A DNA stretch of 64,000 nt from Leptonemataceae bacterium (GTDB taxonomy: Bacteria > Spirochaetota > Leptospiria > Leptospirales > Leptonemataceae): NCBI GenBank assembly GCA_965227295.1, contig OZ245742.1:2720001-2784000 (forward strand), in the 5' to 3' direction. Position 1 is the first letter of the stretch; the number at the start of each line of letters is the position of its first letter. The translations under genes and the position numbers were made by a program. The notes below the pieces were generated by a model. The model searched no databases, was not told the origin of the DNA, and saw only the letters and a list, made by a program, of their open reading frames with translations. Shown here piece by piece: positions 1 to 7,910 of this stretch.

Positions 1-70
1 GGGTATTGGCAACCCGCGTCCATCCGAGCTGCGGCAGGATCCTGTGAACTTTCTCAAACGGGAGGTTCAT
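1..70 (-). CDS. 5' end of hypothetical protein, runs off window; probable partner of the DUF4365 gene
   Basis: ATG at 70 overlaps the end of the 54..614 ORF; reads MNLPFEKVHRILPQLGWTRVANT with no stop to the window edge. Confidence 0.55.
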   Translation of the reverse strand, partial: MNLPFEKVHRILPQLGWTRVANT

Positions 71-614
71 GCGAACTCCAAAGCTCCGCAAAGTATGTCT
101 GCAATCTCTCCATTGTCAACAAATCCTCGCTATGTAGTTTGACACGAATGGTATGCTTGTTACTGGATAAATCGGCTCCGCGGTCGAGATTGAACATGTA
201 CGCCGAGTACCGAGTTTCCAGATGATCCTCAGTTACCAGGACGACCTGGTCTCGGTCCGGGGGGTAAATAAAGACGATCGTTATAAGTGGTTTAATTCGT
301 TGGGTCCGAGTGATTTCATTCTTCCGAACGAGTAGATCATTGTAGTTCCTGACTTTTAGAGAATAGAGAAAGCCACCAGCGACTCGCCGAACATAGCGTT
401 CTGAAGTTGCCTTCAACTGAATGTCGATGGCCTTGCCTGTGCTCACATAACGCGTCGCCCCGTTCGGGTCAGGGTAGCTGTCCACTTCATCAATCGTCAG
501 ATCCACTCCAAAATCATTCTCGGGCTTTGAGGCTACGTAGCCCGCTCTCGCCGCGATGAGGCTCACAAAGCTACGTGAGACATTTTCGATAGTTGTGCTG
601 AATGGAACAGGCAT
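54..614 (-). CDS. DUF4365-family (PD-(D/E)XK nuclease-like) protein
   Basis: Motifs 'DFGVDLTI' and 'IDIQLKAT'; visibly lower GC than neighbours. Confidence 0.75.
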   Translation of the reverse strand: MPVPFSTTIENVSRSFVSLIAARAGYVASKPENDFGVDLTIDEVDSYPDPNGATRYVSTGKAIDIQLKATSERYVRRVAGGFLYSLKVRNYNDLLVRKNEITRTQRIKPLITIVFIYPPDRDQVVLVTEDHLETRYSAYMFNLDRGADLSSNKHTIRVKLHSEDLLTMERLQTYFAELWSSHEPPV

Positions 615-910
615 GGTGCTCGAAGTATCTTATCATGCGTTTCGTGTCATTCAAGTCGAAAATTGTCTTTTCGGATCGTTTACCGGCGTGGCGTGCAAGC
701 CAGGTCGTGGAGATGTCTATCATGATCATTTCGACCGACGCCAGAAAGTCTATGATGCATGCCCCGGTCCCAATCCGTCCCGCCGGATAAAAATTTTTCA
801 ACACGGCCCCGTCATCTGCCGATAATCCCATAGAGAACGCATGTTCTCACGTAAGTAATGAAAAAAACGGGGCTTTTTCGATGAACATTGCCGCAGAAAT
901 GGTTGGTTCC

Positions 911-1957
911 ATGCATACTATCGCGCAGCAGGCGCCGCGCTGGACGGCGCGCGTCTTGTTGCTCGCGATCGCGTTTTCATTTTTCACGGCGTGTGCGACC
1001 ACGACGATCCAGACCGGCGAAGGCCATCGCCTGGATCGCGAGGACATGTTCGGGAAAGACGAAGCCGCCACGCGTGACGCCAACGATCCGGAAGAGCAGT
1101 TCTTCAATGAACTCTCCGCGCAGGACGACGCCTTCGACGGCGTCCCGAACGATTCGGTGGCCGCGGTGGAAGAAGACGATTGTCCGTGCGAAGCGGATAA
1201 GCCGCAAAAAGAAGAAGAAAACGTCGCCGACGCGAACGATTCCTACTTCGACAACGCCGAGAAACCGGCCGAAACGACGACGGACGATCCCGGCAAGTAC
1301 GCCCCGCCGGCCAGCGGAGACTTCAACGAGGTGGGCACGGCCTCCTGGTACGGCCGCGACTTCGACGGCAAACCCACGGCCTCCGGCGAAATTTACGATA
1401 GCCGTAAGTTAACGGCCGCGCATAAAGAGATCCCCCTGGGCAGCATAGTACTCGTACGCAACCTGGAGAACAACAAAGAAGCTCTGGTTACGATCAACGA
1501 CCGCGGTCCGTTCGTCAGTGGCCGCGTCCTGGACATGAGCGAGTACGGCGCCGAACTGCTGGGCTACAAAGAGCAGGGCCTCACCACGGTGGGCATTCGT
1601 GTGGTGCGTCAGGGCAAGTCCGCAAAGAAGACCGACGGTCTCACAAAGAACTTTTATAACGAAAACGGAGCCACCGGTGCCATGGGTTCCAATGATCAGG
1701 ACCTCGACGCCTCGTCGGTGGCGAACGAATCTTCGCTGCAACAGTACAGCGTGCAGGTCGGTGCGTTTTCGGAACTCAAGAACGCCCGGAACCTCGAGCG
1801 TTATCTGAAACACTACGGTCAACCGGTGCACGTTGTCCGCCGGGACGGCACGTTTCTGGTGAAGGTCGGTTCCTTCGGCGCGCGTTACGACGCGGAGCAA
1901 ATGAAGTTCAAACTCACCGCCGACGGCTACAGCGCGTTCGTTAGTGAGCCGGAGTAG
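911..1957 (+). CDS. rlpA: Septal ring lytic transglycosylase RlpA-family lipoprotein (DPBB + SPOR); start may be 881
   Basis: Lipobox FFTAC; 'GTASWYG..F.GKPTASGE', 'TAAHK', 'INDRGPF'; C-terminal SPOR 'YSVQVGAFS'. Confidence 0.9.
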   Translation: MHTIAQQAPRWTARVLLLAIAFSFFTACATTTIQTGEGHRLDREDMFGKDEAATRDANDPEEQFFNELSAQDDAFDGVPNDSVAAVEEDDCPCEADKPQKEEENVADANDSYFDNAEKPAETTTDDPGKYAPPASGDFNEVGTASWYGRDFDGKPTASGEIYDSRKLTAAHKEIPLGSIVLVRNLENNKEALVTINDRGPFVSGRVLDMSEYGAELLGYKEQGLTTVGIRVVRQGKSAKKTDGLTKNFYNENGATGAMGSNDQDLDASSVANESSLQQYSVQVGAFSELKNARNLERYLKHYGQPVHVVRRDGTFLVKVGSFGARYDAEQMKFKLTADGYSAFVSEPE

Positions 1958-1968
1958 AGACTCTTTTC

Positions 1969-2796
1969 TCAGACCTCGAGTTCCATGCCCTCACGGGCGA
2001 GAAAGGCGCCGGGAAATCGTTCCTGCGCCTGTTTCTCCACGTCTTTCAGAAACAGATCGTCGTGATCCGGGTCGTGATGCGTGATGCACAGGCGTCCCAC
2101 GCCCGCGGCCTCGGCGACTTCGATCGCCTCGAGCCAGGAGCTGTGCCCCCAGCCGCGTTTCGTTTCGAGTTCTTCCGGAGTATACTGGCCGTCGTGGATC
2201 AATAAATCCGTGCCGCGAATAAATTCCAGGAAACCCGGATCGATGTTGCCGGCGTGTTCGACGTCCGTCGCGAATACGAACGAACGCCCGGTCTTCAGGT
2301 CCTTGATACGATACGAGTAGGCCGTGCCGGGATGCCGGTGCGGGAGTACGCGAATGGAAGCGCCCTGGGTGAGGTGATGATCGTCTTCGCTCTGCTTGAA
2401 CAAAAATTGGGCGCCCATTTTCTTGAGCGGAACGGGGAAGTACTCCGCCTGCATCTGTTGTTCGAAGATGGCTTCCAGATCCAAATGTCCGCGCCCCCGA
2501 CCGATGGCGCCCAGGGTGATGTGCCGCCGCGGATCGTAGGCCGGTTCGAAGAACGGAAAGCCCTGGATGTGATCCCAGTGAAAGTGCGTGAAGCCGATGT
2601 GTATGTTGTCGAATTGCTCGAAACGACCGGCCACGATGTCCTTGCCCACCTGGCGAATGCCCGTCCCCGCGTCGATGATGCCGAAGCGCCCACCGCTGTC
2701 CGTAACGAGTAGACACGTGGTGTTGCCGCCGAATTCCTGAAACTCCGGATGCGATACGGGGATCGAACCGCGTGTTCCGTAAAAGTTCACTTTCAT
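1969..2796 (-). CDS. MBL-fold metallo-hydrolase (RNase Z/phosphodiesterase-like)
   Basis: 'GTRGSIP', 'THFHWDHIQG', 'WGHSS', 'HHDP'. Confidence 0.9.
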   Translation of the reverse strand: MKVNFYGTRGSIPVSHPEFQEFGGNTTCLLVTDSGGRFGIIDAGTGIRQVGKDIVAGRFEQFDNIHIGFTHFHWDHIQGFPFFEPAYDPRRHITLGAIGRGRGHLDLEAIFEQQMQAEYFPVPLKKMGAQFLFKQSEDDHHLTQGASIRVLPHRHPGTAYSYRIKDLKTGRSFVFATDVEHAGNIDPGFLEFIRGTDLLIHDGQYTPEELETKRGWGHSSWLEAIEVAEAAGVGRLCITHHDPDHDDLFLKDVEKQAQERFPGAFLAREGMELEV

Positions 2797-2843
2797 TACA
2801 GTGGTAACCTCACAGCCGAAATCCCATCGAAACACATTAGATT

Positions 2844-3434
2844 ATGCAAGAAGTCTTGAACAGTATTTTCACGAGCACCTATCCCTGGTATGTCGCAGGT
2901 CCGCTCATCGGAGCGATCGTTCCGGTGCTGCTCTACTTCGGCAACCGGCACTTCGGTGTTTCGTCGTCGTTGCAACATCTCTGCCGGTTGGTGCTGCCCG
3001 GCAGTCGCGCGCGGCTCATCGAGTATTTCAACTACGACCTGCGCAGTGTCGACTGGGCCCTGGTCTTTACGATCGGTCTCGTGCTCGGCGGCGGCCTGGG
3101 CGCGTATGCCTCCCTGCCGGACGGCAACGACATTGCCATGAATACGCAGGAAGATCTGGCCGCCCTGGGCATTACCGACCTGGCCGGCCTGGTTCCGGCG
3201 CAGGTCTTTTCGCTTGAGAACCTGGCGAGCTGGCAGGGCATGCTGATCATGATTCTCGGCGGTTGGATGATCGGCTTCGGCACGCGCTACGCGAACGGCT
3301 GCACCTCGGGGCACGCCATCATGGGGCTGTCGTTGCTGTCCCCGGTATCGCTGATTGCCACGGCGACGTTTTTCCTCGCGGGGATCCTGGCCACGCACTT
3401 CCTGTTTCCCTTTATCTTCGGAGGCGCGCCGTGA
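2844..3434 (+). CDS. YeeE/YedE sulfur-transport family membrane protein
   Basis: 'FGVSSSLQHLC', 'GFGTRYANGCTSGHAI'. Confidence 0.9.
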   Translation: MQEVLNSIFTSTYPWYVAGPLIGAIVPVLLYFGNRHFGVSSSLQHLCRLVLPGSRARLIEYFNYDLRSVDWALVFTIGLVLGGGLGAYASLPDGNDIAMNTQEDLAALGITDLAGLVPAQVFSLENLASWQGMLIMILGGWMIGFGTRYANGCTSGHAIMGLSLLSPVSLIATATFFLAGILATHFLFPFIFGGAP

Positions 3435-3853
3435 AACATCTTGCGAAGTATTTGTTTTACCTGGTCGCCGGAACGTATTCAGGATTTGTCTTTATGCGCG
3501 GCGAGGTCATCTCGTGGTTTCGCATCCAGGAAATGTTTCGTTTCGATGCCTTTCATATGTACGGCGTCATCATGTCCGCCGTCGTGACGGGGGCACTTTC
3601 GGTCCTGGTGCTGCGCCGGTTGGGCGGTCGTGATTTTGCGGGGGAGCTCTTAGATTTATCTCAGAAGAACTTTACGAAAGGCACGGTGATCGGCAGTGTT
3701 TTCTTCGGTCTCGGCTGGGCTTTCACCGGCGCCTGTCCCGGCCCGCTGTACACGCTCGTGGGAGCGGGGCAGTGGATCATCCTCGTTCCGCTGGGGGCGG
3801 CGGTACTGGGGGCGTTTACGTACGGTGTGCTGAAGCCGAAGTTACCGCATTGA
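3431..3853 (+). CDS. YeeE/YedE family membrane protein (second half of the pair)
   Basis: GTG start overlapping previous stop; 'SWFRIQEMFRF..FHMYG', 'FGLGWAFTGACPGP'. Confidence 0.88.
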   Translation: MKHLAKYLFYLVAGTYSGFVFMRGEVISWFRIQEMFRFDAFHMYGVIMSAVVTGALSVLVLRRLGGRDFAGELLDLSQKNFTKGTVIGSVFFGLGWAFTGACPGPLYTLVGAGQWIILVPLGAAVLGAFTYGVLKPKLPH

Positions 3854-3869
3854 AGGCTGCTCAGAAATC

Positions 3870-5504
3870 TTACACCACTTTACTCCACGAACCTTCCCCG
3901 GCCTGGTTGACCGCGCGCACGCGATAACGAAAGTTTCCCGTATCCGCGTCGGAATCCAGCAGTGACGTCGTTTCCACGCAGGCGTGCAGCATTTCCCAGT
4001 GCATGTCGTCGGTGCGGCGGCGTTCCACCTGGTAGATGGCCGCGCCGTCCGTGACGGACCAGTCCACGCGCATGCCGTTATCGTCGACCCGGGTGTGGAC
4101 GTCGTGCACTCGCCCCGGTGGTTCCGCGCGCACCAGGATTTCTTCGAGGGCCTGCGGGCCCCACGAGTCCTGACGTTGCCGGGCCAGCTCGCGAACCTCG
4201 TGGGCGAACTCGGGGTAGTCGGTGAGGATCTCATGAAACGTATCGTAATCCAGGACGTAGAGATCGCAGTAGTCCAGGGCGCGGACACTTGCGGTTCGCG
4301 GGCGGTCGAGCAACAGGGCAATCTCACCGAAGAAACTGCCCTCGGTCAGGGTCGCATAGACCGTGCGACCGTCCTCGCCTAAAATCTCCACGCTGCCGCG
4401 GCTGATGAAGAACATGGTCGTGCCGTGCTCGCCGTGCCGGAAGATGAAGTCGCCCGGTGTATAGACCGCCGGCGAAAGTTCGAGCACGAGCCGGCGAATG
4501 AGATCCTCGTTTGCGCCTTTGAAGATGGGCACCTTTTCGATGATGTCCTGATTTAGGAACAGCGCCACCTTGAGTTGCAACGACGGCGGCAGTTCGTGGA
4601 TGACGTCGGCCTCGTCGTAACCGCGACGGGACTCCCATAGATATTCGTAGTAACTGCGAATGTTTGCCTGGATCTCCTCGGGGATCTTGCGGAGCTTCAT
4701 GAAGGTGTTGATCTTCTCCATCTTCTCCATGTATTGGGCGCGCGCGATGTTTACGTTCGCGAGCAGGCTCGCAATGTTACCGATGACGTAACCGTACATG
4801 CCGGCGCCCACGATCTGTAAGACCACCGTGTAAATCGTTTGAAGGTTCGTACTGGGCGTGATGTCGCCGTAGCCGATGGTGGTGATCGTGGTGATGGCCC
4901 AGTAAAACGAGCGCAGATAGTAGCGGTACGGATCGGCCGTGTCCTCGGGCGGCATGGCTTCCGTACCGAGGATCATCCAGCCGCAGGCCATCCAGTGCGA
5001 GAGCAGGAGGACCCAGAACGCCAGGAAGATCATCCGCAGCACGCTGACGTTCACCATGGAGGCCCGGCTGATCTCCTGCATGAGCTGGACGATGCGCGCC
5101 AGACGAAAGAGGCGCAGCAGGCGGACGATGCGCGCCGTATCCGTGAGCGCGCCGACGGTGTTCTGGAGGATCAACTGAAACGGGAAGGCCGCCAGGAAGT
5201 CGAAGACGAACCAGCTCCGGAGATAACGCCCGGCAATGTCGCGGCGTCGGGTGATCAACTGCCCCTGGGCATAGACGGCGGTCTGGAACGTCAACAGGAT
5301 GTCCACGGTGAACGAGGTGCTGAGCAAGGTGTCGACGTAGGGCAGGAGGCCGGTGGCCTCGTAGTCCAGGACCAGGCGCAGCGGGACCTCCACGGCCGCG
5401 TAGACGGTCAGCAGCAGGATGTAGGCGTCCCAGAGTTCCTTGATGAGACTGTTCGGGCGGAGCAGGGGCCAACCGCCTTCCCGGACCAGAATGCGACTGA
5501 ACAT
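3870..5504 (-). CDS. Cyclic-nucleotide-gated cation/K+ channel (6TM + CNBD) with C-terminal fibronectin-III-like domain
   Basis: S4 'RIVRLLRLFRLARI', filter 'TIGYGD', CNBD 'FFGEIALL..PRTASVRA', tail 'YRVRAVNQAGEGSWS'. Confidence 0.9.
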   Translation of the reverse strand: MFSRILVREGGWPLLRPNSLIKELWDAYILLLTVYAAVEVPLRLVLDYEATGLLPYVDTLLSTSFTVDILLTFQTAVYAQGQLITRRRDIAGRYLRSWFVFDFLAAFPFQLILQNTVGALTDTARIVRLLRLFRLARIVQLMQEISRASMVNVSVLRMIFLAFWVLLLSHWMACGWMILGTEAMPPEDTADPYRYYLRSFYWAITTITTIGYGDITPSTNLQTIYTVVLQIVGAGMYGYVIGNIASLLANVNIARAQYMEKMEKINTFMKLRKIPEEIQANIRSYYEYLWESRRGYDEADVIHELPPSLQLKVALFLNQDIIEKVPIFKGANEDLIRRLVLELSPAVYTPGDFIFRHGEHGTTMFFISRGSVEILGEDGRTVYATLTEGSFFGEIALLLDRPRTASVRALDYCDLYVLDYDTFHEILTDYPEFAHEVRELARQRQDSWGPQALEEILVRAEPPGRVHDVHTRVDDNGMRVDWSVTDGAAIYQVERRRTDDMHWEMLHACVETTSLLDSDADTGNFRYRVRAVNQAGEGSWSKVV

Positions 5505-5615
5505 GATGATATGATTGCGGTTAATGGAGTGGATCTGCGTAAAGCGAAAATCCGCGGCGGCGAAACTGCGCGAACTTGCTTGACTCAAACGCGGCGCGTT
5601 CTTCCATACAGAACG

Positions 5616-6269
5616 ATGGCGAAACGCAAAGAGAAGCGCAGGAGTCGGGCGGTCTCGCCCCGGGCGCTCTACGAACTGGGCAATGAACGCAATAAGGTGC
5701 ACATCCGCTGGCTGCTGGTCGTGCTCATCACGGGCTATCTTTCCTACTTACTGAGAGCCGACAAGGGCCAGGAAATCGGCACGAACCATCTGTTCTCCTG
5801 GGAGTACATCATCGCCATTACGGCGTTCATTGTCATCGCGAACATCCTCTTTGCGACCTACCTGCGCCTGGTCGCCGCGGACCGCCTGCCCATGCTGCGC
5901 ATCCTCAAGTATCTGAGCATGATCGTGGACTTCATCGCCGTTTCCCTGGTGCTCATCCCCACCGGCGGCGACCGCAGCATTTTCTTCGTCGTGTACTTCA
6001 TCGTCATTGTTTCGAACAGTCTGCGCTACGGCATGCGCCTGGCCGTGGCCGGCCTCTTTGCCTTCAACTTTTCCTACGTCGGCGTCCTCATTTACCAGTA
6101 CTGGCCGGACCTGGTCGTGCCGAACTTTCAGGGCGAGATCCTGAAAGTCGGCGCCTTCTGGGTTGTCGGCCTCTACTGCGGCTACATCGCCCGGCGTTTT
6201 GAAGTGTTGCAGGGCGAGGTGGAGAAGTATCAAGAACTTGTCCGTAAACTTATGGAACCTAAGAGTTAG
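5616..6269 (+). CDS. Multi-pass membrane protein, sensor-like, with no output domain
   Basis: Several hydrophobic segments in the 3' part of the 4839..6269 ORF; ATG at 5616; short coiled-coil-like tail. Confidence 0.75.
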   Translation: MAKRKEKRRSRAVSPRALYELGNERNKVHIRWLLVVLITGYLSYLLRADKGQEIGTNHLFSWEYIIAITAFIVIANILFATYLRLVAADRLPMLRILKYLSMIVDFIAVSLVLIPTGGDRSIFFVVYFIVIVSNSLRYGMRLAVAGLFAFNFSYVGVLIYQYWPDLVVPNFQGEILKVGAFWVVGLYCGYIARRFEVLQGEVEKYQELVRKLMEPKS

Positions 6270-7235
6270 CCGAAGTTCGAGAGTTGTGGTTCGTTGCGTT
6301 AGTCGTGAGACACACAAGGTAAGTTGCGCAATGGTCAAGGGGTTGATTTGGCTACAGCTGAGCGGGAGTTGTGGAGTTTCGTATTGCAAACATCGTCCGC
6401 ATCGACCCGGACGTTGGTTTGTGACTCAGCTATCGTAACGTATCTTACGGCGAAGACGCCGTTCCGGTGCGCACCCCACATTTCCCCGGGACAACCTCCG
6501 TGGTCGCCTGGAACCAGCCGTACCCATAAAAGTCTTAATGTACATTGGCCGCTACTTACACCACAATTCGGGGCGTGTTCGAACGAATAAAACGTTTCCG
6601 GTAGTTCAAGAGCTGCGGTTCGTTGCGTTGGCCGTGAAAAACAGAAAGTAAGCCGGCAAATGCTGAAGGGCCTTTTTTGGCTACGGCTCTTCGGAGTTGT
6701 GGATTTTCGTTTTGTTAAGCACGCTGGAGTCGACCCGGGCGCTGGTTGTGCGGATCCGCTATCGTAAACTTGCGGTGAAGACGCCGTTCCGGTGCGCGCC
6801 CCACATTTCCCCGGCATAACCTCCGCACGTGAGCTGGAACCCGCCGTACCCATAAAAGTCTTAATGTACATTGGCCGCTACTTACACCACAATTCGGGGC
6901 GTGCTCGAACGAATAAAACGTTTCCGGTAGTTCAAGAGCTGCGATTCGTTGCGTTGGCCGTGAAAAACAGAAAGAAAGTTGCGCAACGGTTAAGGGCCTT
7001 TTTTGGCTACGGCTCTTCGGAGTTGTGGATTTTCGTTTTGTTAAGGATGCTGTGCTCGACCCGGACGCTGGTTGTGCGGATCCGCTATCGTAAACTTGCG
7101 GTGAAGACGCCGTTCCGGTGCGCGCCCCACATTTCCCCGGCATAACCTCCGCACGTGAGCTGGAACCAGCCGTACCCATAAAAGTCTTAATCCAAACTGG
7201 CCGCCACTTACACCACGATCCGGGGCGTGTGCGAA
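6270..7235. repeat. Tandem array A of a ~326-bp non-coding repeat (units start ~6275, 6604, 6930)
   Basis: GAAGACGCCGTTCCGGTGCGC at 6452/6777/7103; TCGACCCGG at 6402/6730/7056; GGGGCGTG at 6570/6896/7222. Confidence 0.97.
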
Positions 7236-7661
7236 TTACTTACGAAGATATCGAATGAGCCGCAGGGCCGGTGTCGGGGAAAACACGCCGCCGCCGATCA
7301 GAAGGTTCATGCTGTCCGCGGCCGGATCGCGCAGTTCGGGTTTCCAGACGTAGCCGCAGGAACCGGCGCGGAGACACTGGAGGATCGTCTCGGTGCGCGC
7401 CGATCGTGAGATGATCGCGGGGATCGGCGACAGGCGTCGCCGCCGCAGGCGACCGAGGAAGGCCGTCGCCGGCATGCGCGGCAGGAGGGCCTCAAGCCAG
7501 AGGATGTCGCAATCGCCGGGCTCGCTCAAGAAATGCTCGGCGGATTCGTACTCCAGGATGCCGGCCGTGCGCGGGTCCTGGTTCAGGCGCTCCCGTAGAC
7601 TGTAACGGAAGCAGCGATCCGGATCGATGATGGCGGCGATGTAGGTGCGGAATCCGGACAT
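7236..7661 (-). CDS. Degenerate NarL-type receiver domain lacking the LuxR HTH (possible pseudogene)
   Basis: Resembles the N-terminal part of 51918..52553 ('SAEHF', 'GYVWK', 'SPTPA'); acceptor Asp position reads 'WLEAL'. Confidence 0.55.
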   Translation of the reverse strand: MSGFRTYIAAIIDPDRCFRYSLRERLNQDPRTAGILEYESAEHFLSEPGDCDILWLEALLPRMPATAFLGRLRRRRLSPIPAIISRSARTETILQCLRAGSCGYVWKPELRDPAADSMNLLIGGGVFSPTPALRLIRYLRK

Positions 7662-7910
7662 GCCCGAATCATTGGACGCGGCGTTTCCGTGCCGTCACGC
7701 CGTCCGCGCGGGAAATCCAGGGGCGGCTAAGATTCTTTTGCAAAAAGTTACTCATCATCATGAAAGTGAGGGGTGTCGGAAACAGTATTCGGTCGCGGGA
7801 ATGTGAGTGAAAAAATTTACCCGCGCGGTCCTTTTCCATTGCAATTTTCGTCCAATCCTCTAGTATCATCAAAGTCCCCGGAATCATCAAATTGGCAACC
7901 GGACCGGCCG

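Noticed and set aside
556..831. Short ORFs 556..825, 571..831 and 602..790
   Set aside because: They overlap each other and the DUF4365 start, and show no motif; probably intergenic
4839..5615. N-terminal extension of the 4839..6269 ORF
   Set aside because: Antisense shadow of the CNG channel; the credible start is 5616
6604..6929. Hammerhead ribozyme (retrozyme-like unit)
   Set aside because: No conserved CUGAnGA and GAAA core on either strand
6324..7179. ORFs inside array A (6335..6871, 6715..7179, 6792..7145) and array B (55096..55512, 55295..55666)
   Set aside because: Copies differ by frame-breaking indels, the same DNA is read in different frames, and no protein motif is recognisable
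7112..7190. HDV-like ribozyme in the repeat unit (7-bp GTTCCGG/CTGGAAC, 3-bp CTC/GAG, 7-nt loop CGCACGT)
   Set aside because: Only P1/P3/L3 resemble the fold; I could not find P1.1, P4, J4/2 or an adjacent P2, and copy A1 lacks P3. An RNArobo search or cleavage assay would settle it
7150..7228. tRNA-like sequence on the minus strand (TGGTGTAAGTGGC, GACTTTTA, GGTTCCAG)
   Set aside because: No acceptor stem, anticodon stem or correct spacing; it does not fold as a cloverleaf
6270..7235. CRISPR array
   Set aside because: The whole ~326-bp unit is homologous between copies; there are no short repeats with unique spacers and no cas genes
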